From: Minisyncoccota bacterium
Lineage (GTDB): Bacteria > Patescibacteriota > Minisyncoccia > Phycocordibacterales > JACZSL01
NCBI GenBank assembly: GCA_028280145.1
Contig: JANQMM010000063.1
Coordinates: 1-53,385 of the forward strand
Reading direction: 5' to 3'
Length of the DNA stretch: 53,385 nt
The position numbers and the translations under genes are program-made. Positions 9,369-18,633 of the stretch are shown here, piece after piece. Numbering within the stretch: the first letter of the stretch is position 1; the number at the start of each line of letters is the position of its first letter. The notes beneath the pieces were generated by a model, which saw only the letters and a program-made list of their open reading frames with translations, was not told the origin of the DNA and searched no databases.

Positions 9369-9686
9369 ATGGCGAAAAAAGACACAAACAGTCTTGGCAT
9401 CACTCCTCTTGCTGACAGAGTGGTTGTTGAGGCATTAACTGATGATGGCAAAGAAAAGAAATCTGCTGCCGGTATCATTATTCCTGTTGCAGAAAAGGAA
9501 GACCGTGTTGATCGCGGCAAGGTAGTAGCGGTTGGCGAAGGGCGAGTAGATAAGGACGGCAACCTTGTTCCAATGAAGGTAAAGGTAGGCAACAAAGTAC
9601 TCTTTCAGTGGGGCGATAAGGTGACCATAAATGAAAAAGAATATTTTATTGTGAACGAATCAAGCATCCTTGCGATCACAAAGTGA
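9369..9686 (+). CDS. groES: Co-chaperonin GroES
   Basis: PLADRVVV, AGIIIP, GKVVAVGEG, ESSILA. Confidence 0.96.
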   Translation: MAKKDTNSLGITPLADRVVVEALTDDGKEKKSAAGIIIPVAEKEDRVDRGKVVAVGEGRVDKDGNLVPMKVKVGNKVLFQWGDKVTINEKEYFIVNESSILAITK

Positions 9687-9705
9687 TCCGACCAATTACT
9701 AATAA

Positions 9706-11391
<1,686 letters not shown>

Positions 11392-11514
11392 TCCGTTCGT
11401 GCCATTCTCTTGAAATACACACATGATTTTCTGCGGAAAATCTGCTCTGCTTAGCACATTACGATGTGTCTCCGTAAGGTATTTCAAAAGAAGATACTCA
11501 CTTTTATTGTTAGG

Positions 11515-11538
11515 AAACCCGCCTTGGGCGGGTTTTTT
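11515..11538 (+). terminator. Intrinsic terminator of groESL
   Basis: AAACCCGCC-ttg-GGCGGGTTTTTT. Confidence 0.8.
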
Positions 11539-11564
11539 GGTGTGACGCAATACCATGTCCATAC

Positions 11565-11593
11565 TTGACAAAAATATATATTAATGCTATGAT
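11565..11593 (+). promoter_or_regulatory. Sigma70-type promoter
   Basis: TTGACA-17 nt-TATGAT with extended TGn. Confidence 0.75.
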
Positions 11594-11655
11594 TGGTGTA
11601 GAAATAGCTTGATCCACAATCACCACCGATACCACCATAGAGAAGGGGTAAGAAG

Positions 11656-12033
11656 ATGAGCAAGAAAAGCCGTAAGAAAGCACCGTTTCCGTTCAAACTG
11701 TCCGGGCGGGATATCGCATCGGCCAACGCTGCTGTCGATATCCTGAAGAGGTCGGCCTACTGGAACCCGGAGATGCACACCATGGCGCACCGTGTCGTCG
11801 ACGACCTCGGCGAGGAACGGGCGGCGAACATCTTTCTCACGGAGATGGGCGGCCGCAAGATCTCTCCGTCACTCATGGGGCGTTTCAAAAGGGCCGGGGT
11901 GAACACCGATCTGCTGAGCGCCAAAGGTCTGGGAACTCCCGATCTGCGACGGGCGGCACTCACAAGGTGTGGCGGCATCCAAGTGCCCAAAGGCATGATC
12001 CACGGGTTCGGGTGCTCCGGAAAGGCAGCCTAA
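11656..12033 (+). CDS. Hypothetical basic protein (orphan-like, GC-richer codons)
   Basis: Has its own promoter, purine-rich RBS (GAAGGGG) and downstream terminator. Confidence 0.65.
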   Translation: MSKKSRKKAPFPFKLSGRDIASANAAVDILKRSAYWNPEMHTMAHRVVDDLGEERAANIFLTEMGGRKISPSLMGRFKRAGVNTDLLSAKGLGTPDLRRAALTRCGGIQVPKGMIHGFGCSGKAA

Positions 12034-12059
12034 CGGTGCCTGAGTGGAAACGGGAAGGG

Positions 12060-12085
12060 GGGGCGCGTTTGCGCCCCCTGTTTTG
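12060..12085 (+). terminator. Intrinsic terminator
   Basis: GGGGGCGC-gttt-GCGCCCCC followed by TGTTTT. Confidence 0.7.
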
Positions 12086-12144
12086 TATATAAAAGGAGAC
12101 GGAAACGTAGTATAATGATGGAACTACAAGATAACTTGTCTTAT

Positions 12145-12699
12145 ATGGAACTCATTATTTTAGGAATTGTCATTGTCATTGCTCTTTGGGTGGTGGCGAT
12201 ATACAACAAATTTATAAAACTGGTAAACCGTACGAAAGAGGCCTGGGCTGATATTGACGTACAGCTGAAGCGTCGCTACGACCTTATCCCGAATCTTGTA
12301 AACACTGTGAAGGGATATGCCAAGCACGAAAAAGAGACGCTCAGCAAGGTGACAGAAATGCGTGCAGCCGCAATCAACGCTGAAGGGCCGGGTGCAAAAG
12401 GCCAAGCCGAGAACATGCTCACTGACGCGCTCAAAAGTCTTTTTGCCGTTTCGGAGAACTATCCGGACCTTAAGGCAAACGAGAACTTTCTCGAACTGCA
12501 ACGTGAACTCACGGACACAGAGAACAAGGTACAGGCAGCAAGGCGTTTTTACAACGGCAACGTACGAGACCTTAATATCGCACTTGAGACATTCCCACAA
12601 AATATTGTTGGTGGTATGTTCAAATTTGAAAAACGCGAATTCTTCGAACTGGATGAGGAGGATGCAGATGCTCGCGACCCGGTCGAAGTGAACTTGTAA
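12145..12699 (+). CDS. lemA: LemA family protein
   Basis: N-terminal TM, IDVQLKRRYDLIPNLV, ENYPDLKANENF, ARRFYN. Confidence 0.95.
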   Translation: MELIILGIVIVIALWVVAIYNKFIKLVNRTKEAWADIDVQLKRRYDLIPNLVNTVKGYAKHEKETLSKVTEMRAAAINAEGPGAKGQAENMLTDALKSLFAVSENYPDLKANENFLELQRELTDTENKVQAARRFYNGNVRDLNIALETFPQNIVGGMFKFEKREFFELDEEDADARDPVEVNL

Positions 12700-12708
12700 T
12701 CCATACAC

Positions 12709-14406
12709 ATGAGAGGGAACACGCACAACTTGTCACTTGCGACGCTTTTGTGTGCGCTGTTTCTTTTTCCTTTTCTTTTGTTTGCCGAGGAGAGCATTTC
12801 ACTCTATGAGGTGGACATTGATATTCATGAGGACTCGTCAATAACAGTGCTTGAGACAATTCATTATGATTTTGGAGAAAGTAGCAGGCGCGGCATTTAT
12901 CGGACCATTCCGACACGTTACGAGACACCTTGGGGAAAGCGAGGTGTTGATGTTGCGATCACATCGGTGACACGAAACGGGTACCCGGAAGAATTTAGGG
13001 ACACCAAAAGAGGAAGTGAGCGGGAAATTCGAATTGGTAACCCGGATGTGTATATTGAAGGCGCACACGTCTATCGTGTTACCTACAAAGTAGAGGGCGC
13101 ACTGAACAGATTTGAAGGGTTTGACGAGTTATACTGGAACGCTATTGGGGACGGGTGGAATGTCTTGATCGAAAACGCTGTTGTGACCGTTGATGCTCCG
13201 GTAAGCGTTTTGGAAGCGGCTTGTTACGAGGGGGTACTTGGCTCAACACAGCCGTGTAGAGACCTCTATGTGGACAGGGATGTAGTGGTCGCAAGGGCGA
13301 TTGAGCTACAACAAGGTAGCGGACTGACCGTTGCAGTTGCCTTGCCAAGCGGAGTACTTACATTTCCCGGAGCTATTGAAAATGTGTGGCGGTTTGTAAA
13401 GCATAACGCAGTGTTGTTTCTGCCGATTTTAGTATTCATATTTATGTTCTTTCTGTGGCGCAAACACGGTAAGGACGCGAAAGGCAGTGGTACGGTCATC
13501 GCGCATTACGAACCGCCAGGCGGCATGTCACCGCTTCTTATGGGAGCACTTGTTGATGGCGGTCTCAATAATGAGGATATCACTGCCGGTATTCTCTATT
13601 TGGCACAACAGGGTTACATCACCATCGAGCGAACGGAGAAAAAAAGATTTCTGGGAAGCAAGGTCGATTATATTTTGACGTGGGTCGGTGATTACGGCGA
13701 GCTTAATCAAAAAGAACAACTGACCGCAGAACTTCTGTTCGGGATCAATGTACATAAAGGACAATCAGTTGCCTTTTCCAAACTTCAAAAGGATAGAACT
13801 GTTGCAATGAGGAGAAGGGCGCTTGCAGAGCACATCGATGCTGACCTAAAGGCGCAGGGGTATTTTGCAAACAAACCTCGGGCGACCACGATGACGTGGG
13901 TGCTTATTCCGGCCGTTCTTATTTTCTTCTCCGTGTTCTTGTTTGAGTTGCTTAATGTTGCATCCATCATTGCCATCATACTTTCCGGCCTCATTGTTCT
14001 TGCATTTGGCGTGCTCATGCCAAAACTTACAAAAAAGGGTGCACTTGCTCGAGAACACATTCTCGGGTTCAAGGATTTTCTGCGAGTTACGGAAAAAGAG
14101 CGCATAGCATTTCACAATGCCCCCGAGCGAACACCTCACGAATTCATGGAATTTTTGCCGTTTGCCGTAGCTTTGGGAATTGAAAAGAAGTGGGCCGAGC
14201 AATTCAAAAATATCGAAATGGATGATCCGTCCTGGTATCGGGGTGGCTCGTTCAAACGTTTCAATGCTGTTGCTTTTGCCGGTGATATCGATAGCTTCAA
14301 GACCTCTATGTCTGCGGGAGTGAGTGCGGCACAAGGCGGTTCAGGCTCTTCCGGTGGAGGATTCTCCGGCGGCGGTATGGGCGGCGGCGGTGGAGGTTCA
14401 TGGTAG
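12709..14406 (+). CDS. DUF2207 family membrane protein
   Basis: Signal peptide, RGIYRTIP, ELYWNAIG, FLPFAVALG, C-terminal GGGFSGGGMGGGGGGSW; typical lemA neighbour. Confidence 0.88.
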   Translation: MRGNTHNLSLATLLCALFLFPFLLFAEESISLYEVDIDIHEDSSITVLETIHYDFGESSRRGIYRTIPTRYETPWGKRGVDVAITSVTRNGYPEEFRDTKRGSEREIRIGNPDVYIEGAHVYRVTYKVEGALNRFEGFDELYWNAIGDGWNVLIENAVVTVDAPVSVLEAACYEGVLGSTQPCRDLYVDRDVVVARAIELQQGSGLTVAVALPSGVLTFPGAIENVWRFVKHNAVLFLPILVFIFMFFLWRKHGKDAKGSGTVIAHYEPPGGMSPLLMGALVDGGLNNEDITAGILYLAQQGYITIERTEKKRFLGSKVDYILTWVGDYGELNQKEQLTAELLFGINVHKGQSVAFSKLQKDRTVAMRRRALAEHIDADLKAQGYFANKPRATTMTWVLIPAVLIFFSVFLFELLNVASIIAIILSGLIVLAFGVLMPKLTKKGALAREHILGFKDFLRVTEKERIAFHNAPERTPHEFMEFLPFAVALGIEKKWAEQFKNIEMDDPSWYRGGSFKRFNAVAFAGDIDSFKTSMSAGVSAAQGGSGSSGGGFSGGGMGGGGGGSW

Positions 14407-14476
14407 CACCTAGCGCTTAGTTGCCCGGCGCTCGGTGTTTAGGTAGAATGAGGCACATCTGAAACTAATTAACGCA

Positions 14477-14511
14477 CTAGGAGCTAAGTGCTAACGACTA
14501 AGCGCTAACCA
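14477..14511 (+). repeat. Five tandem CTAnnnn heptamers before htpX
   Basis: CTAGGAG CTAAGTG CTAACGA CTAAGCG CTAACCA. Confidence 0.7.
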
Positions 14512-14513
14512 TC

Positions 14514-15410
14514 ATGGCAACCATCTACACACATCAAGATCGCAATATCCGAAAGACATGGCTTCTCATGTTCTTCTTTCTGGTAGCGGTTATTGCTATC
14601 GGGTGGGGATTCAGTTGGTACTTCAATAACCCGTTCATTCTCTACATTGCGACATTCTTTGCGATCGCCACCAATATATACAGCTACTGGAACTCGGATA
14701 AGCTTGTCGTGCGCATGACGGGAGCAAAACCCATCACTCGCGAAAGCCACCCTGATCTGTGGAACACTGTTGAGAATCTTTCCATAACAGCGGGTCTTCC
14801 CATGCCGAAGGTGCATGTTGTGGATGATCCTGCACCTAATGCGTTTGCAACAGGGCGCGATCCCGAACATGCAGTTGTTGCCGCAACGACAGGACTGCTT
14901 TCCATTCTGGATAAAACAGAACTTGAAGGGGTCATCGCTCACGAACTCGCCCACGTAGGTAATCGTGATATGCTTGTTTCAACTGTTGCAGTCGTGCTTG
15001 TAGGATTCATTGCCATTCTTGCGGACTTCTTCCTTCGTATGACATTTTGGGGAGGAGGAAGACGGGGCAATAACGGCGGGGGCGCACTTTTCTTGATCGT
15101 TGGCATCATTGCGGCAATCTTGCTTCCTATAGCGGCCCGCCTTATTCATTTGGCAGTGTCTCGCAAACGCGAATTTCTTGCCGATGCCTCAGGAGCGCTT
15201 CTGACCCGTTATCCGGAGGGGCTTGCAAGCGCGCTTGAGAAGATCTCACAACATTCGCGACCGATGCAACGTCAATCACACGCAACCGCCCATCTCTTCA
15301 TCGCAAATCCGTTTGGGAAGGGTGGTGAAGCGCGAAAGTTCATGAATAAGCTCTTCTCGTCACATCCGCCGGTTGAAGAGCGACTCAAGGCTCTTCGTGG
15401 ACACAGTTAA
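14514..15410 (+). CDS. htpX: Zinc metalloprotease HtpX (M48)
   Basis: PNAFATGR, HELAH zinc motif, SRKREFLAD, SHPPVEER. Confidence 0.95.
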   Translation: MATIYTHQDRNIRKTWLLMFFFLVAVIAIGWGFSWYFNNPFILYIATFFAIATNIYSYWNSDKLVVRMTGAKPITRESHPDLWNTVENLSITAGLPMPKVHVVDDPAPNAFATGRDPEHAVVAATTGLLSILDKTELEGVIAHELAHVGNRDMLVSTVAVVLVGFIAILADFFLRMTFWGGGRRGNNGGGALFLIVGIIAAILLPIAARLIHLAVSRKREFLADASGALLTRYPEGLASALEKISQHSRPMQRQSHATAHLFIANPFGKGGEARKFMNKLFSSHPPVEERLKALRGHS

Positions 15411-15433
15411 GTTCAATAAGAAATACACAATCA

Positions 15434-15518
15434 GGAGGCGTCGCATAGTGGTCTAGTGCGCTCGCTTGGAAAGCGAGTAGGGGGCAACTCCTCGCGAGTT
15501 CGAATCTCGCCGTCTCCG
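15434..15518 (+). tRNA. tRNA-Ser(GGA)
   Basis: Acceptor GGAGGCG/CGTCTCC, anticodon arm CTCGC-TTGGAAA-GCGAG, long variable arm, GTTCGAATC; CCA not encoded. Confidence 0.95.
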
Positions 15519-15544
15519 CATCTAACAGCTAGCTGTTTAAACTT

Positions 15545-15572
15545 AAGGTCTTCGAGCGTTCGAAGGTCTTTT
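15545..15572 (+). terminator. Intrinsic terminator after tRNA-Ser
   Basis: AAGGTCTTCGA-gcgt-TCGAAGGTCTTTT (with G-U pairs). Confidence 0.6.
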
Positions 15573-15697
15573 GCTTTACAAATCAGTTTTTTGCGATACA
15601 GTCCATAGATAAGGGCAATGTGTCACAATTCTCAAGGAGTTAAGCAGAGAAATCTCCACATAACAAGCCCTACAATTATTAATCTCATATAAAAAAT

Positions 15698-16201
15698 ATG
15701 AATAAAGATAAACTTTCAGAGACGGAGTCAAAACTTGTGACCCTCAACTCTATCATTTCAAAACTTGAACCAGAGATAAGATTGGCAGCTTTTGAAATTT
15801 TGAAGTATCAGTTGTTTGATGGGGAACACGAATATCCAGCAAAAGAAAGAGGAAGTGCAAATAAAGAAGTCGAGAGTTTGTCAGAAGGAGCCAGGGGGAG
15901 TGTGCGAGATTTTTTTGCTTCTTTCGATCCAGAGAAACCTGCGGATTCGACTTTGGTGTTGGCTTCCTGGTTCTATACACAAAGGGGTTCTTCTGCCTTC
16001 TCATTAGATGAATTATATGGACTGTTTGATGAAGTTGGTACACCACGTCCTGATAAAACAAACATGACACTTAGACAATGCTCTAGAGGTGGAAAAAAAC
16101 TCTTCAAGCAAGCAGGACATGGAAAGTATCGTCCCACAGTATACGGCGAAAACTATTTCAAACAAGAAATGAACCTTCGTCCAGGTAAAAAGACTGACTA
16201 A
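15698..16201 (+). CDS. Hypothetical protein with putative C-terminal winged helix
   Basis: AT-rich ORF; helix-helix-beta-hairpin pattern ending FKQAGHGKYRPTVYGENYF. Confidence 0.7.
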   Translation: MNKDKLSETESKLVTLNSIISKLEPEIRLAAFEILKYQLFDGEHEYPAKERGSANKEVESLSEGARGSVRDFFASFDPEKPADSTLVLASWFYTQRGSSAFSLDELYGLFDEVGTPRPDKTNMTLRQCSRGGKKLFKQAGHGKYRPTVYGENYFKQEMNLRPGKKTD

Positions 16202-16205
16202 ACTT

Positions 16206-16946
16206 ATGATGTTTGTTGAGTTCATTGCTCCTGCAAAGAACGAATCACATTCCATTAAGTGTTTGTGTGCTCTTTACTATTTGAAGCACTCTCTTAAAAT
16301 TGATGTTGCGTCCGTTGATCAAGTAAAGAACTTGCTAGTTCAAGGTAGAATTTTTAAGAAAGGGAGTAAAATTAACTACCCGCAAGCCCTTGATAGGCTT
16401 GGAGAAAAAGTCGATACTCCAGCAAAAGGATTGTGGCAAATTACCCCAACTGGAGAAAAGTCTATAAAAGAACTGCTTGGATTACCTGAGGGGGACATTG
16501 AAACACAAAATGATACAGAGTACCTTGAAAAACTTATTGCAACAAAAATCAAGGATCCCCAATCCGAGGATTATTTTTCAGAAGGCGCAGACTGTTTAAA
16601 AATCGGGAGACTTAGGGCGTGCGTTGTTTTTCTCTGGTCTGGGGCGATCCATGAAGTTCGAGAGAAAATTATAAAAAAATACTCAACCAAAAAGATTAAT
16701 ACTGCCATTAACAAGCATGATAAAAAAGCAAGGAAAATAAACACCGTTGATGATTTTGCATACATAAAAGATTCGATTTTATTACTAGCGTCCAAGGAGC
16801 TCGGGTTGTTTGATAAAAATGAATATTCTACCCTAGCAAATCTATGCTTAGATCTCAGAAATAAATGTGGGCACCCAAGTAAATATAGCCCCGGTCCTAA
16901 AAGAGTTTCAGCTTTTATAGAAGACTTGGTTAAAATTATTTACTAA
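16206..16946 (+). CDS. Putative wHTH + HEPN (RxxxxH) protein
   Basis: N-terminal ...KGLWQITPTGE wing; helical C-domain YFSEGADCL..GRLRACVVFLW...LRNKCGHP. Confidence 0.7.
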   Translation: MMFVEFIAPAKNESHSIKCLCALYYLKHSLKIDVASVDQVKNLLVQGRIFKKGSKINYPQALDRLGEKVDTPAKGLWQITPTGEKSIKELLGLPEGDIETQNDTEYLEKLIATKIKDPQSEDYFSEGADCLKIGRLRACVVFLWSGAIHEVREKIIKKYSTKKINTAINKHDKKARKINTVDDFAYIKDSILLLASKELGLFDKNEYSTLANLCLDLRNKCGHPSKYSPGPKRVSAFIEDLVKIIY

Positions 16947-17135
16947 AAGCGCCCGAGACACCTCTTCTCCAACTCACTAAAACTACTCAAAAAAGCTGAG
17001 CAGGGCTTAACCACCCACGCCTACCTGCCCGTAAGGCAGGGTTCAAGTTCAAGAAAGCCTCCAAGCAACGACGAGATATAAAAGTACTTTCTTGGTGCTT
17101 TTTTGAAAGATTCTCTCATGTATAATTTACTTTGT

Positions 17136-17579
17136 ATGCAGAGAGCAAAATATACAGAAAGTGCTGGTGGTGTTGTGGTCAATAACGAGACAGGTGACGT
17201 GTTGATCGTGGCACACCCGAACAAGGTATGGGCTTTCCCAAAAGGACATATTGAACCGAGCGAAGACCCGCTTATAGCCGCAAAGAGGGAGATTTTTGAG
17301 GAATCAGGCATTACTGAAGTACAGTTGATCTGTGAGCTTGGCAAATACAAGCGGTTTCGCATCGGCAAGTACAGTAAAGATGATGAAAGCGAGATAAAGA
17401 CAATTCGCATGTATCTTTTCACGACTGACCAGCAACGCACCGACCCTCGCGACCCAAGACACCCTGAGGCAAAATGGGTTCATCGAAATAACGTTGCAAA
17501 AGAGTTGACGCACGAGAAAGACCAGGCATTTTTCTTAAGCATCATCAATCAGCTCCCCCCAGTTCCGGAGAAGACATGA
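17136..17579 (+). CDS. NUDIX hydrolase
   Basis: SAGGVV; Nudix box FPKGHIEPSEDPLIAAKREIFEESGI. Confidence 0.92.
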   Translation: MQRAKYTESAGGVVVNNETGDVLIVAHPNKVWAFPKGHIEPSEDPLIAAKREIFEESGITEVQLICELGKYKRFRIGKYSKDDESEIKTIRMYLFTTDQQRTDPRDPRHPEAKWVHRNNVAKELTHEKDQAFFLSIINQLPPVPEKT

Positions 17580-18049
17580 TTCGCAAAGCGACAATAGTAC
17601 ATATCACACTTCTTGTTATTGCAGGGGCGCTCGCCTTGGTCGTTTTTCTTTTTAACCTATTTTCCGATGAGCCTGTTGCAACAAACGACATCAGGGCTAT
17701 TTCGATAGGAGATGCGACCTACGACTTGCTGATAGCGGATACTCTAAGCCTTCGGCAACAAGGTCTTTCGGGGAGACCGTCACTTGGTGAGAGTGAAGGC
17801 ATGCTCTTTGTGTTTGACAACAGCGCCGTGCAACATTTTTGGATGAAGGATATGTTGTTTTCGATCGATATCATTTGGATTAATGAAAATAGAAAGATCG
17901 TTGGTTTTGTCGAAAACGCATCACCCGAGTCTTATCCGGAATCGTTTTCTTCAGAAGTACCAGTCCAATACGTATTGGAGGTAAATGTCGGTGAGGTGCA
18001 AAAGAATGGCATAACAGTAGGGGATAGTGTTACGTTTGTGCATCACTAA
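17576..18049 (+). CDS. DUF192 family protein
   Basis: IADT...RQQGLSGR, GMLFVF, FWMKDM..SIDIIWI, YVLEVN. Confidence 0.9.
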   Translation: MIRKATIVHITLLVIAGALALVVFLFNLFSDEPVATNDIRAISIGDATYDLLIADTLSLRQQGLSGRPSLGESEGMLFVFDNSAVQHFWMKDMLFSIDIIWINENRKIVGFVENASPESYPESFSSEVPVQYVLEVNVGEVQKNGITVGDSVTFVHH

Positions 18050-18057
18050 AAGAGAGT

Positions 18058-18086
18058 TTGTCAATTAGTTTATTCCGTTGTATAAT
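18058..18086 (+). promoter_or_regulatory. Sigma70 promoter of rnpB
   Basis: TTGTCA-17 nt-TATAAT about 9 nt upstream of the RNA. Confidence 0.75.
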
Positions 18087-18095
18087 GTCACTCAA

Positions 18096-18476
18096 TCCTG
18101 TATCGGATAGTCGCGCATGGAAGAGGAATCGACCATAGTGAGGAAAGTCCGGACACGTCCCGTTATTTATTGACGAGGAGGACGGTAGCAGGTAACGCCT
18201 GTCGTCCGGCACCATTGGTGTCGGATAGGGATGCGAGCAGAGACGCCCGAATTGAGAAAGGAGGGCACCCGGAATATCCATTGCGGGTGAGCTTTCATGG
18301 AGACATGAAAGGTGAAACGGCAAAATTCCTACCTACGTGCAAGGTCGTACTACATTTCAACAAGTAATGTAGAGTGCCGCAAAGATCCGTTAGGCAACTA
18401 ACGTGACAAGATAAATGGCTATCGTCTGGCGCATGAAAGTGCGTCCAGATACAGAATCCGGCTTATAGATACAGGA
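18096..18476 (+). ncRNA. rnpB: RNase P RNA
   Basis: GAGGAAAGTCCGG (18140) and ACAGAATCCGGCTTAT (18451) P4 motifs; P1 TCCTGTATC/GATACAGGA; GGTAACGCC and GGTGAAACGGCAAA elements. Confidence 0.95.
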
Positions 18477-18486
18477 GATACCATAT

Positions 18487-18516
18487 GACAAAACCCCGCC
18501 TCAGCGGGGTTTTGTC
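18487..18516 (+). terminator. Intrinsic terminator after rnpB
   Basis: GACAAAACCCCGC-ctca-GCGGGGTTTTGTC perfect hairpin. Confidence 0.85.
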
Positions 18517-18633
18517 GTTTCGGTTTTTTGCCACATAAATAGCTTTTTAGCTAGGTTGAGGCACCAAAATCCATTTACTATAATGTATGGACGTATATAG
18601 ATTATTACTAAACACTATTTTTACATTACACAT

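Noticed and set aside
18030..18367. ORFs 18030-18323(-) and 18170-18367(+)
   Set aside because: They overlap the RNase P RNA gene; spurious
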